From a virus (taxonomy: Duplodnaviria; Caudoviricetes): DNA of 64,000 nucleotides. The notes below the pieces were generated by a model. That model was not told where the DNA came from. It did not search any database and saw nothing but the letters and a program-made list of their open reading frames with translations. Each line of letters starts with the position of its first letter. The stretch's first letter is position 1. Positions 1 through 9,893 of the stretch are shown here, piece after piece. Location: the IMG/VR virus record IMGVR_UViG_2595698332_000001, positions 4,528 through 68,527 of that record; one strand, 5' to 3'. The translations under genes were made by a program, and so were the position numbers.

Positions 1-2
1 CT

Positions 3-236
3 TCGCTACACCAGCGAGAGAACGTGTCTGGTCAGGAGTTCAAAGGGATTGACAAACCCGATGACGCCGAGGGCGAAGGTGGAGTGCGCGAACTCCGCCA
101 GCGCCACGCGAGTCGTCGTCAATACGGCGACAGTCCGCACATCCCTGACGGCGTGCGGCTCCGAAGCGGCGGGTCGTCGTCTCGCTCGATGAACAGATAC
201 AGTTCGCGTCACTCGCGCCGACGCAGTTCACGCTAA
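3..236 (+). CDS. 3' end of the gene upstream of portal, probably terminase large subunit C-terminal tail (partial)
   Basis: Frame is open from the window edge to TAA at 234-236; lies directly upstream of portal; no diagnostic motif visible. Confidence 0.5.
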   Translation, partial: SLHQRENVSGQEFKGIDKPDDAEGEGGVRELRQRHASRRQYGDSPHIPDGVRLRSGGSSSRSMNRYSSRHSRRRSSR

Positions 237-242
237 CATTTC

Positions 243-1760
243 ATGAAAACAGGAAACTTCATAGAGCCTACTGAGGAGGAGGCCGCGCTCGATTTCTACG
301 CGGAGTCTCCGAAGGGGGTCATTAAGCAACAGCAGAACGCAGGCGCGAGCGTTGCCGACCGCGCCGTTGAAGCACCCGAACAGGAAATCGAGAACCACCG
401 TGAAATTGCCTACACGGACCCGCACGTCCACGAGGCGATTTACACGCTGGTAGACTGGATTGTCGGTGACGGCTTCAACATCCGACCTCGCTCGTTCGCT
501 GAAGCCCTCGAACAGGGCGTCGGTGAAATCGCGGCGGAGGTTGCGACCGGCGGAGAGGTCACAGACGCGGCCACCGAGGAAAATCAGGAAGCAGTCGCCG
601 CGAAGTTAGAGCGGCTGTTGAAGTCCTCGCGGTTCTGGAACGTCTTCAACGACTGGGTGTACTACGCCATCGTTGACGGACACGCTTTCATGGAACTGGT
701 CGTGGAAGACGGCCAGTTCGACCCTCGTCTGCTCCCCACAGAGCGGATGAAGCGGGAGACCGACGAGTACGGGCGGGTCATCAAATACTACCTCGAAAAT
801 CCCGACGGCGGCGGTGGTAATGGGGCAAATTCCGAGGGTATTCCCTATGACCCCCACGAAATCGCCGAACTCTACTTCCGAAAAGAGCCGACGCAGGACT
901 TCGGGCGCTCGTTCATCGAGCCAATCGTGGAGGCCGCAGACATCCTCCGCGACATGGAAATCGACTACGCACGCTTCATCGCCACGAAGGCGTACCCTCC
1001 AATCCTGTGGAAACTCGGGACGGAGGACGAAAAATGGACTCCGACGCAGATTGACAACTGGCTCGATACGGTTGACGCCATCGAGCCGGACTCGATGCTC
1101 GCGGCGGGCCACGACGTGGACTTCGACCTCGTTGGAACTACGTCTACATCCTCGACTGCTGGCGCAATGAGGCTGGAGGAGACCTTCCTCCACTTCCAAG
1201 ACCGCATCATCACCGGCCTCGGCGTTCCCGCGCTCCTAATGAACATGGAGGGCGGGGCTGGCGGGCAGGGTGAAGCGGTCGCGGCGATGCCGTCGTTCAA
1301 GCGGCGCGTGAAGCGGCTTCAGAACATCATCAAGACGGAGGTCGAACAGCAGATTCTCCGTTCGCTGGTGTTCAACTCGCTCGAAGCGAGTGAAGCGGCT
1401 GGCCCTGTTCCCGAGTTCGAGTTCGGAGAGTATTCGAGCGCCGAGGAGAGGCTGGATGCCGACGTTGCCATTATGCTTCTCAACAACGGCCTGCTCAAGC
1501 CCGAGGCGGCGGCCCGGCGCGCGGGAATCGACCCCGACTCCGAGTTGCCTGAACTGTGGGACGGCGGCGACCTCATCGAGATTCTGTCCGCACTTGCCAA
1601 CGTTGGCGATAGGATTCAGAACCCCGAGGGCGGCTCGCCCACCGATTCGGGTGGTGGCGCTGAATCTCCGGGCGGCGAAGTCACGACCCGACAAGACCCA
1701 ACGGCTGACCCCGCGAGTGGTCGCAATCGCAGGTCTGTGACGGAGGATGAAGATGCCTAA
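243..1760 (+). CDS. Portal protein
   Basis: 505 aa; DGHAFMELV, FGRSFIEP and ITGLGVP segments typical of phage portals; first gene of head module. Confidence 0.88.
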   Translation: MKTGNFIEPTEEEAALDFYAESPKGVIKQQQNAGASVADRAVEAPEQEIENHREIAYTDPHVHEAIYTLVDWIVGDGFNIRPRSFAEALEQGVGEIAAEVATGGEVTDAATEENQEAVAAKLERLLKSSRFWNVFNDWVYYAIVDGHAFMELVVEDGQFDPRLLPTERMKRETDEYGRVIKYYLENPDGGGGNGANSEGIPYDPHEIAELYFRKEPTQDFGRSFIEPIVEAADILRDMEIDYARFIATKAYPPILWKLGTEDEKWTPTQIDNWLDTVDAIEPDSMLAAGHDVDFDLVGTTSTSSTAGAMRLEETFLHFQDRIITGLGVPALLMNMEGGAGGQGEAVAAMPSFKRRVKRLQNIIKTEVEQQILRSLVFNSLEASEAAGPVPEFEFGEYSSAEERLDADVAIMLLNNGLLKPEAAARRAGIDPDSELPELWDGGDLIEILSALANVGDRIQNPEGGSPTDSGGGAESPGGEVTTRQDPTADPASGRNRRSVTEDEDA

Positions 1761-1762
1761 AC

Positions 1763-2047
1763 ATGAATCCAGATGAGAAGGACAAGTTAGACCTCATACA
1801 TGAGGACATCAACGAAACCCGGAAAGAAGTCCACGAAGCCCTGACTCGGGTAGAGGTCGTTGATGAACGAACCGAACGTATCGACGCAAAGACAGAGAAA
1901 GTTGACCAGCGCGTGTTCGGCCCCGGTGGGCTGGAATCTCAAGTTCATCGAAACCGCGCTGAAATCAGTCGGCTTCAGAGTGTTGGAGTAATCGTCGTCA
2001 GCGCGGCTTCTGCGATGGTTGCTAAAATTCTCGACATACTTCCATGA
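1763..2047 (+). CDS. Small coiled-coil protein with C-terminal hydrophobic segment
   Basis: 94 aa; heptad-like N-terminus, hydrophobic VGVIVVSAASAMVAKIL tail; coupled to neighbours. Confidence 0.7.
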   Translation: MNPDEKDKLDLIHEDINETRKEVHEALTRVEVVDERTERIDAKTEKVDQRVFGPGGLESQVHRNRAEISRLQSVGVIVVSAASAMVAKILDILP

Positions 2048-3204
2048 CGCAGGAACTACAACTCGACGCTGAACTTGAGTTTGCCGCCGAGGCGGCTGGC
2101 TCTGAATCGTTGGACTTCGACTCGGAGGAGTTCCGCCAGCACGCTGGTACGGGCTTCAACGAGTACGGTGTCCGAGAAAACTACGACAGCGAGGGCAACA
2201 TCGAGTCGGTCGATGTCGTCTTCGAGGCGATGGAACCCGGCCCGCCGGAGCGGCGGAACGGCGTTCGCATCACCGATGAGTTCCTGCGCCGGGTCGGCGG
2301 CAAAGACTACACGCAGGAACCCCCGCACCTGCTCGACCACCGAGCCAGCGAGACGTTCGCCAACATCGGCCACGTCCGCGAGGTCTGGTTCAGCGAGCAG
2401 GCGGAAAAACTCGCGCTGATGGTTCGAGTCCCCAACACGGGCGGCCCGACCCACAGCGAGGCTATCGCCCGCTACACCTACCAGCCGCCCGCGATTCGGA
2501 ACGGCTCGGTGGGCTTCGGAAAGGACTACAAGGCCGTCCGAAACGACGACGGCGAGCCTGAACTCGTTGACGGGCAACTGCGGGAGTTCTCTACCGTGAA
2601 CTTCCCCGGTGGCTACGACAACGGCGGTGTCGCGGCGGCGTTCGCTGAAGCCGCCACCGACGCCGTTAGCGAGTTCGAGGGTCACGACGAAGGCGATGAA
2701 GGGTCAGTAGACCCCGAGTATCGTGACGAAGTGTACGAGCAGTGGTCGTCGCTGGTCAACATGACCAACGAGGAAATGGAGATGTGGGACGACCACCCGT
2801 GCGCTGACGCTGAAGTCGATGATGGCGAAAACACCCGCGACGAGACGCTGATGCTGATGGGCCAGCCCCCGGAAGGTTGGGGGATGGAGAGCGTTGAAAT
2901 CGCCAATCAGGTCATCGACTATCTTGCGAGCGAAACTGAAGACGGTATGCCCGATGACGCCGCGGAAGGCGGCCCGGGTACTTGCCCGAGCAGATGGGCG
3001 GTTAATCTGTTGAACCGTGGTCACAACCCGTTTGACGGGTTCCCCACGGGCAATCCTCAGTTCGGCGAACTGTCGGCTGAGGTCGAAACCCTCGGGTTCG
3101 ATGACGAGGCGCACGACACGTCCGCGGAGGACGATGCCTCAGAGAACTCGGCGGCGGAATCGACTTCTGAGTTTTCGGTAAAGACCGAGACTCTAAACTT
3201 CTGA
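2044..3204 (+). CDS. Prohead protease with C-terminal DUF3140-like domain
   Basis: HLLDH...NIGHV...GSVGF...LREFSTVNFP match caudoviral prohead protease motifs; VNMT...SRWAVNLLNRGHNP in C-terminal part. Confidence 0.8.
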   Translation: MTQELQLDAELEFAAEAAGSESLDFDSEEFRQHAGTGFNEYGVRENYDSEGNIESVDVVFEAMEPGPPERRNGVRITDEFLRRVGGKDYTQEPPHLLDHRASETFANIGHVREVWFSEQAEKLALMVRVPNTGGPTHSEAIARYTYQPPAIRNGSVGFGKDYKAVRNDDGEPELVDGQLREFSTVNFPGGYDNGGVAAAFAEAATDAVSEFEGHDEGDEGSVDPEYRDEVYEQWSSLVNMTNEEMEMWDDHPCADAEVDDGENTRDETLMLMGQPPEGWGMESVEIANQVIDYLASETEDGMPDDAAEGGPGTCPSRWAVNLLNRGHNPFDGFPTGNPQFGELSAEVETLGFDDEAHDTSAEDDASENSAAESTSEFSVKTETLNF

Positions 3205-3212
3205 AAAACTAC

Positions 3213-3686
3213 ATGAATTTCAACAAGGTCAACTACGACGGCGACCTCGGAGACGCGGATGAGGAGGCCCTTCGGTCCCTCGTTTCGGACTTCGAGAAGG
3301 CACAGGAGGCGAACGTCGCCGAGTTCGAGGCGGCAAAGGAACAGATGAGCGAAGTTCTCGGCGACGAGGCTTCGTTCGAGGACATTTTCGGTGAGGTTCA
3401 GGACTTCGCCGACGCGAAGGACGAACTCATCGCGGAAATCAGCGAGTTCGAGTCGTTCGAGGCGTCCCCGGTTTCGGAGGACGACCTCGGCGACGCCTCT
3501 TTCTCCCGCGTGCGTGAGTACCACGCTTACTTCGCGGAACTCGACGCCGCCGACGAGGCGGACGAGGGCGAGGAGAAGGAGTTCGAGGACATGGGCCGAC
3601 GCGGCGAGACCCACACCGATGAGGACGGTGACATGGCCTTCGCGCGAAAGCACCTCGCCGGGATGCCCGGCTTCAACAAGGAGTAA
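3213..3686 (+). CDS. Putative scaffold protein
   Basis: 157 aa, very acidic and helical; between protease and capsid genes. Confidence 0.6.
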   Translation: MNFNKVNYDGDLGDADEEALRSLVSDFEKAQEANVAEFEAAKEQMSEVLGDEASFEDIFGEVQDFADAKDELIAEISEFESFEASPVSEDDLGDASFSRVREYHAYFAELDAADEADEGEEKEFEDMGRRGETHTDEDGDMAFARKHLAGMPGFNKE

Positions 3687-3689
3687 ATA

Positions 3690-4226
3690 ATGGTGGACTT
3701 CAACATCGCAACCGGCGCTGAACAGCCTCTCAACCGCACGGGTTTCCCCGACAACCACGTCTCCGGCGCTGACGTTCAGGGGACGCTCGTCGGGATTCAG
3801 GACAACGGTGACGGCACGTACAGCCTCGTGGAGGCTGACGCCGACTCGTCTGTCGCTATCCCGACTGTGGGTGTTCTGTTCCCCGAGGAAGTCGTGGACA
3901 AGGAAGCAATCCCGCAACACGCTCTCTACGACCTTCACGAGCAGTTGGTCGAGGAGAACCGGACGCTCAAGGGCGACCGCGCGACGGCCATCTTCACCGG
4001 CATCGAGATGGTCAACGACGACGACGACACCGACTTCGACGCCGGGAAGCCCGTCTACCTCGACGTGGGCGGCGGCTTCACGCAGACTGCCCCGTCCGGC
4101 TCGGGCGAGGTCGTCCAGCGCGTCGGTCTTGCGCTCCCCCCGAACGAGGATGGCGGCATCGGCACCGAGCAGGGCGACCGCATCCTTCTCGACGTGGACC
4201 TCACCGGATTCGAGGTGCTGGCGTAA
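3690..4226 (+). CDS. Minor capsid / cement (decoration) protein
   Basis: 178 aa; FDAGKPVYL..GGGFTQTAP...VVQRVG resembles decoration/cement proteins; directly upstream of MCP. Confidence 0.65.
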   Translation: MVDFNIATGAEQPLNRTGFPDNHVSGADVQGTLVGIQDNGDGTYSLVEADADSSVAIPTVGVLFPEEVVDKEAIPQHALYDLHEQLVEENRTLKGDRATAIFTGIEMVNDDDDTDFDAGKPVYLDVGGGFTQTAPSGSGEVVQRVGLALPPNEDGGIGTEQGDRILLDVDLTGFEVLA

Positions 4227-4272
4227 TCGCCGTAACTGCTCAAAGACTTAACTAACAAGGAGACAATTCTAT

Positions 4273-5247
4273 ATGCCTGTTCAAAACCGACACGAAGTGA
4301 AGACGAAGGACGGCGTTGACCTCGATGAACTGCTCGAAAAGTCGCGCACCCTCATCGACATCTACAACGACCAAGAGCGCCCTTTCCGCGACATGTTCGC
4401 GGAGATGGTGGACCAGCAGACCTTCTACAGTGAGCCGCAGAACGCGGATGTCTACTGGGAGGAACTCGCAGAGGGCGAACACCCGCGCACCGTGGGTCGT
4501 GAGCCGGAGGACAACCAAATCTTCATCCGCGACAAGAAGTTCGGTCGCTCGGTGGGGATGACTCAGGACTTCATCGAGAAGCACACTGAGGAGCGCGTCC
4601 TGCGGAAGATTCGCAACATGCTGGAGGGTGCGGACAACACGATGCGCGAACTCATCATCTCCGCGCTGGAGACCGGGTACGCGCAGGGTCAGGAACTCTG
4701 GTACGAGGTTCCCGACTACGGCGAGTACCAGTTCTCGCAGACGCACAGCCACAAGTTCGATACCACGGACTCGCTGTTTGACAACGACGGCACCGACGAC
4801 ACGGCCTACCCGGCCCACCGTCACATCGAGAAGGCGAAGCAGGAACTCACCCACCACGGGTTCGAGGGGCCGTTCGTGGCCCTCGTCTCGTCCGAGTTCA
4901 AGTACGCCCTCCGCGACGAAATCGCGTGGGACGCGCAGTACCACATCCCGATGGCGACCGGGATGCGCTCGGCGGACATCTTCGACCTCGACATCGTAAT
5001 CGACGGCGTGCGGCTCGTTGAGTCGCCGTGGATGACCGGCATGAAGATGTGGGTCACGCAGGCCAACAACGGCTCGCCCGTGAAGGTCTACGAGGACTCC
5101 CCGGTCCACCTCCGGCAGGGTAGCGAGGGCGGCGGTCCCGTCCTCTCGCCCGGCGACTTCGTGGGCGCGAACGCCTACGCTCGGTGGGGCGTCAAGAACG
5201 TGGACCCGCTCCGTGCGGTCTACGTCAACGCCACGCAGGTCGAGTAG
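4273..5247 (+). CDS. Major capsid protein (HK97 fold)
   Basis: 324 aa; position, strong codon bias, GGAG upstream; WEELAEGE and ARWGVK segments. Confidence 0.82.
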   Translation: MPVQNRHEVKTKDGVDLDELLEKSRTLIDIYNDQERPFRDMFAEMVDQQTFYSEPQNADVYWEELAEGEHPRTVGREPEDNQIFIRDKKFGRSVGMTQDFIEKHTEERVLRKIRNMLEGADNTMRELIISALETGYAQGQELWYEVPDYGEYQFSQTHSHKFDTTDSLFDNDGTDDTAYPAHRHIEKAKQELTHHGFEGPFVALVSSEFKYALRDEIAWDAQYHIPMATGMRSADIFDLDIVIDGVRLVESPWMTGMKMWVTQANNGSPVKVYEDSPVHLRQGSEGGGPVLSPGDFVGANAYARWGVKNVDPLRAVYVNATQVE

Positions 5248-5260
5248 AGGAGCCTAATTA

Positions 5261-5737
5261 ATGGCTTCCTCTGATGCTGACCTTCTTCCACAAGTGCGAA
5301 TCCAGACGGGCTACTCGGCCCGCGTGCTGGACGACGATACTTTTTCTGCTGTGATGGACGTGGCTCGACGCCACATCCGCACGCGGAAGGGAATCGAGCA
5401 GGAGTGGACGGAGGCAGACTGGTACGACAACGAGTACCGAGAGGAAGCCCTGTTCTGGTGGACGTGCCTTTTTGCGAAGGTCGCAACGGGCGAACTCGAC
5501 TCGCAGACCCTTCAGGTCGGCGCGGTCGATTCGCGCCAACTCCTCGCTAAAGAGAAAGGCGAAGTTACGACGTGGTTTCGGAACGCCGAGCGCGCTCTTG
5601 GGGCGGTTGAACCCGGTGAGCAGACCGACTCCGGCTACGGATTCGGCATCGGCGGCCCGAGACGCGACGACCGGCGCTACTCCTACGGCGACAACACTCG
5701 GTCTGACTCCGAGGTAGATACGGATGACGTATCGTAG
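5261..5737 (+). CDS. Head-tail adaptor (putative)
   Basis: 158 aa directly after MCP; synteny. Confidence 0.6.
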   Translation: MASSDADLLPQVRIQTGYSARVLDDDTFSAVMDVARRHIRTRKGIEQEWTEADWYDNEYREEALFWWTCLFAKVATGELDSQTLQVGAVDSRQLLAKEKGEVTTWFRNAERALGAVEPGEQTDSGYGFGIGGPRRDDRRYSYGDNTRSDSEVDTDDVS

Positions 5738-6113
5738 TTGGCAGGTTACAGCACAGATTGACCGGCTCGGCGATGAAGCGAGTCTCTATAAACGGCAGGA
5801 CGCCGGGAGAGACGCTTTCAACAACACCGAGTGGGACTTTTCTGAGGCGACAGACGCCGAGGGCAACCCCGTCCGGGTTCTGTGCTTCCGAACCTACGAC
5901 AATCGTAACACCGAGGTTCAGGGGAACGAGGGAGACCGTCACCGCGACGCTCCGCTATTTCTGTTTCCACTCGATGAGTGGGCGGAGGTAGAACCCGACG
6001 ACCGAATTGGCTACCCGGAACCCACGGGTGGCGAGACGGTCTATGAACTTCAGGCACCGACGCGGTACGATACGCACGTCGAAATTTTCGGCGAAGCAGT
6101 CAATCACGAGTAA
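5724..6113 (+). CDS. Head closure / stopper protein (putative)
   Basis: 129 aa; GRDAFN and EPDDRI...VYEL beta-rich pattern; synteny. Confidence 0.6.
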   Translation: MTYRSWQVTAQIDRLGDEASLYKRQDAGRDAFNNTEWDFSEATDAEGNPVRVLCFRTYDNRNTEVQGNEGDRHRDAPLFLFPLDEWAEVEPDDRIGYPEPTGGETVYELQAPTRYDTHVEIFGEAVNHE

Positions 6114-6119
6114 TCCTTC

Positions 6120-7592
6120 ATGGGCAAAGACCTACGCTTCGACTACGATGTCGAGGGAGTCGAGAAGACGATGCGGCGCATCCGCCGCGGTCTCCGCGAG
6201 GGGATGGAAAAATCCGCCGACGACCTCATCGGGCGTGGGAAAGACGCCGCGAAGGACAGAATCTACCAGCGTCGCCGCATCTGGAACAAAGAAGTCTACC
6301 GCTACGGGTGGTACGAGCGTGTTGACACGCTTTCACCGACCCGAGTTCAGGGCTTCCTCGCTAACTACGCGAAGCACGCCCGAGTCGTTGACGAAGGTCG
6401 GCGACCGGGCGCTACAGCGCCGCAAGTTCAGCACATCATCGACTGGGTAGACGACAAAGTGACCGGCGGATGGTCGCTCGATACGGGCGACGGCAACGAC
6501 GGCGGTTTCCCGCCGACGACTTCCACGGACACTCACGCTGTTCTACGCGAAGACGCCAGCATCAAAGAACTCGTCACGGGGGCCGACGCGGGTCTTTCAG
6601 ACTCCGCGAACTCCCGAGACATCCGCAAAGTCACCTTTGACAGCGGCGATGAGGGCGTCTTCAAGCCGAACAAAGTGATGGTCTCCGAAGACGGCGTTGT
6701 CCAAAACGAGGAGGTCGTCCACCGCTTCGCCGAGAAGATGGGGTGGGTTGACAGCGGCGGGTTCCCCGCTTCGCGTCAGCGCACCATCACCGACCTCGAC
6801 GGGACGGAAAAGACGGGCAACATACAGGCGTTCGTTGACTCACCGACTGAAGTCGGCGATGTAGTGCGGAACTACTACCGGCCCGAGTCTTCGATGAAGC
6901 CTGAAGACTTCGCGGAGGAGAACATGGATTTTGCCGCCCGGCTCGGCGTCCTCGACTACATCGTCGGGAACGACGACCGCCACTACGGCAACATCCTGAT
7001 GGATGGCGACAACAAGCCGTGGGCCATCGACTCGGGTGGGCACACGATGCCCTCGATGAACATGGACAACCGGCGGTCGAACCGGCTCGTCATCTTTGAC
7101 GAGTGGGCGAATCTCGACCGTATGACCCCGATGGATGGGTACGTCATCGAAGACCCCGAGCGGATGCACGCGACGATGAACGCCATCCTCGACCGGCAAG
7201 AGGAAATCTTCCGTGAACTCCGCGACAGCCCCGACCTCCGCGATGAAATCATCGAGATGGCCGAGGGGCTTCACTCAGGCGGGACTACGTGGTCCGGTCA
7301 CTACGAAGACCTTCTATCCGATGACTCGTCGTGGAGATACGCCATCTTCAAAGAGAGCGACGACTGGGGCGGCGATGAACTGTGGCAGTACGACATCGAC
7401 CGAATCCGCGGGTGGCTGGACGACGGTCTTGGCGACCGCGAGCCGGAGTTCCCGAGCGGCGGGAGCGATGGCGTAGACAGCACCCCGTGGTGGGACAACC
7501 CGATGACGCTGGACGACAGCGACGCGCTCGCCGCGATTGACCGTCAACTCGACTACTTGGTCGGGACGGACAACGAGGAAGATGCCAACTAA
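6120..7592 (+). CDS. HK97 gp10-like neck protein N-terminal part fused to HipA/PI3-PI4-kinase-like domain
   Basis: N-terminal ~113 aa with YAKHARVVDEGRRPG...IIDWV; then GVFKP, QNEE, LDYIVGNDDRHYGNILM and WAIDSG kinase motifs. Confidence 0.8.
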   Translation: MGKDLRFDYDVEGVEKTMRRIRRGLREGMEKSADDLIGRGKDAAKDRIYQRRRIWNKEVYRYGWYERVDTLSPTRVQGFLANYAKHARVVDEGRRPGATAPQVQHIIDWVDDKVTGGWSLDTGDGNDGGFPPTTSTDTHAVLREDASIKELVTGADAGLSDSANSRDIRKVTFDSGDEGVFKPNKVMVSEDGVVQNEEVVHRFAEKMGWVDSGGFPASRQRTITDLDGTEKTGNIQAFVDSPTEVGDVVRNYYRPESSMKPEDFAEENMDFAARLGVLDYIVGNDDRHYGNILMDGDNKPWAIDSGGHTMPSMNMDNRRSNRLVIFDEWANLDRMTPMDGYVIEDPERMHATMNAILDRQEEIFRELRDSPDLRDEIIEMAEGLHSGGTTWSGHYEDLLSDDSSWRYAIFKESDDWGGDELWQYDIDRIRGWLDDGLGDREPEFPSGGSDGVDSTPWWDNPMTLDDSDALAAIDRQLDYLVGTDNEEDAN

Positions 7593-7812
7593 AGTCTACA
7601 GATGGGACTACCGGGAAGGTACGTATGAACTCGCCGCCGAGTGGCACGAAGACGCCACAGTAGTCGGCGAGGGACAACTCGCCCAACGTCTCCGTCTTGC
7701 TGTCGAAGTAATCGAGGGCCGCGACAAAGACCCAGTAGACTTCTACGACGACATACGCCGCCGCCTCATCGGTTCGTGGGACGGCTCTTTCTACCGAGTG
7801 GAGTGGGAGTAA
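7582..7812 (+). CDS. Small hypothetical protein (76 aa), candidate immunity/antitoxin
   Basis: ATG at 7582 after GAGGA, overlapping the end of the kinase gene; acidic/aromatic composition. Confidence 0.6.
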   Translation: MPTKVYRWDYREGTYELAAEWHEDATVVGEGQLAQRLRLAVEVIEGRDKDPVDFYDDIRRRLIGSWDGSFYRVEWE

Positions 7813-8028
7813 ATGGCTAAGGACATCAACCCCGAAATTCAGGCTCTCGTAGACGAGTACGGCGAAAACACGGTACGCGCCGCGTTCGCTATCGCTCAGT
7901 CTATCGGCGAGAAAGGCATCAAGGGGATTGACTTTTCCGGGGCCGCTGAAACCGAAATCCGCGAGAACCACTACTGGGTCACGAAGCAGAAGTGCGAGGA
8001 CGAAATCCGCAAAAATCTCAGGCGCTAA
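7813..8028 (+). CDS. 71 aa protein resembling the C-terminal part of HK97 gp10-like neck proteins
   Basis: AAFAIAQSIGEKGIKGIDF resembles the AFAIAxxIxxxGxKxxxF motif ending gp10-like proteins. Confidence 0.65.
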   Translation: MAKDINPEIQALVDEYGENTVRAAFAIAQSIGEKGIKGIDFSGAAETEIRENHYWVTKQKCEDEIRKNLRR

Positions 8029-8031
8029 TTC

Positions 8032-8544
8032 ATGGACGTAACGACAGCAATCGAAACGCTCGTTAGTCACCTCTCTGCGAGGCTCGCGGTTCCGGTGCGA
8101 GTCTCAGGGATGGAAGACGAGCGCCCTGTTCCTGTTGTTCTCATCGAGGACTGGGACATAACCGACCGAACATACCACAATTCGGCGTTCTCCGGGCAAG
8201 CAGTTGACCCCGAAGATGGCGTTGAAAAGCGGTATCACCGCTTCTACTACGACATGCGCGTTGAACTCGTGGTGCGACACCACGACGACGTGCTGGCTCA
8301 TCGGGTTCTGGACTCGCTTCGGAGCGAGTTGGCGATGGTTCGAGAAGAACCCCACCTGTTCCACGATGACCTGAACGACCTGAAAATGCGCGGTAGTGGC
8401 GGCATCAATCACCAGTTCATCGAGCCGAAGGAGACCGAACTCCAGCAGGCCATCGTTCTGTCATCGTTCCACGAGGTGAAGCGGGCGATTTCGCAGTACG
8501 ATACCATCGAGGACATCCTGAACGACTTCACCATCATCGACTAA
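8032..8544 (+). CDS. Tail terminator / completion protein (putative)
   Basis: 170 aa directly upstream of sheath; RPVPVVLIE segment. Confidence 0.6.
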   Translation: MDVTTAIETLVSHLSARLAVPVRVSGMEDERPVPVVLIEDWDITDRTYHNSAFSGQAVDPEDGVEKRYHRFYYDMRVELVVRHHDDVLAHRVLDSLRSELAMVREEPHLFHDDLNDLKMRGSGGINHQFIEPKETELQQAIVLSSFHEVKRAISQYDTIEDILNDFTIID

Positions 8545-8551
8545 TTGACAT

Positions 8552-9865
8552 ATGGCAAACACCTACGGAGACAACACTGAACCCGGCATCATCACGGAGG
8601 AAACCTCGGCGAATAACATTTCTCGCTCGGGGACTGCTCCCTCCGACCTTTGCATCGTCGGGCAGGCCGACCTCGCCAACGCGAACAGTCCGGCCAGCCC
8701 AAACACCGTCTACGAAGTCACGCGAGACATCACCGCAGTAGAGTGGTTTGGACCCGAGGAGTCCAGCCTGCTCACTACGGCCATCGTGGACGCGCTCCGC
8801 GAGGGCGCACAGCCCGTCTACGCGGTTGCCCCGTCGGCCACCGAGGTCGTCGGCGAAGACCGCAGTTCGGACGGCTCGACCACCATCTCGCTGGACAACG
8901 CTCCGCTTTCGGAGAACGCCGACGACATCACGGTCACGCTCGACGGCACGGAGCAGACCGTTAGCATCGTCTACGACGACGTGAGCGGCTACAGCCCGGC
9001 GGCTGACGAAGCCTACGTGAACCCGGTCGAGGGCCACATCGAGGTCTCGACGGACACGTACACGTCGCTCGACGTGGACTACACGCACTACGATTACGCG
9101 GCTGGACTCGATGAGGTCGAAACGAACCTCGAAGCGGCTGAGGCCATCGACTTCCTGACCGCCATTTCGGAGAACGCGGCTGTTCAGCAGGACGTGCGCG
9201 ACACGGCGGAGAGCATGTCCACCGAACACAACTACACGGTCGCGCTGGTCGCCCCGAACGCGGCCCGTATCGACCCGGACACTTACGAGCAGACCTACGA
9301 CTCGTCCCGTGTTCAGTCGGTCTACCCGACCCGGTTCGCCGACAACACGAGCGCGCTGGCCGCCTACGCGGGCAAGCGCGCCGACCTCGGCGTGAGCCGG
9401 ACACCCATCGGGCAGTCGCTCACGACCGACAAGCGCCTCGCCGTGCGGCTCACGCGAGCCGAGCGGGGCAACCTCATCGAACAGCGGGTCGTTCCGCTTG
9501 AGAACCGCGCCGCTGGTGCGGTCATCAAGGACGACCCGACGACTGTTGACACCATCAACAACACCGAGGAGGCCCACATCAACTACGGCTTCAAGCGCCT
9601 CGTTCTCGATTACGTCTACAACACGTCGCGCGAGAACGAGAAGCCGTTCATCGGTCGCCTGAACCAGCGACACGTCCGAAACGCGCTGGCAGACCTCATT
9701 TCCGGTGAACTCACTGCTCTCCGGCAGTCGAACGTCATCGAGGGGTTCTCTGTCCGCATCTACGAGGAGTCCGCGACGAAGGCCCGTCTCGAACTCAACA
9801 TCACGGCCCCCGACCCGCTCCGCTTCATCGAGAACGACGTGACGGTCGGCTCGTCTTCGGCCTAA
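8552..9865 (+). CDS. Tail sheath protein
   Basis: 437 aa; N-terminal EPGIITEE, C-terminal FIGRLN...ITAPDPLRFI sheath signature. Confidence 0.88.
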   Translation: MANTYGDNTEPGIITEETSANNISRSGTAPSDLCIVGQADLANANSPASPNTVYEVTRDITAVEWFGPEESSLLTTAIVDALREGAQPVYAVAPSATEVVGEDRSSDGSTTISLDNAPLSENADDITVTLDGTEQTVSIVYDDVSGYSPAADEAYVNPVEGHIEVSTDTYTSLDVDYTHYDYAAGLDEVETNLEAAEAIDFLTAISENAAVQQDVRDTAESMSTEHNYTVALVAPNAARIDPDTYEQTYDSSRVQSVYPTRFADNTSALAAYAGKRADLGVSRTPIGQSLTTDKRLAVRLTRAERGNLIEQRVVPLENRAAGAVIKDDPTTVDTINNTEEAHINYGFKRLVLDYVYNTSRENEKPFIGRLNQRHVRNALADLISGELTALRQSNVIEGFSVRIYEESATKARLELNITAPDPLRFIENDVTVGSSSA

Positions 9866-9893
9866 ACAATTCACTCTGGAGAGTTAATTCAAC

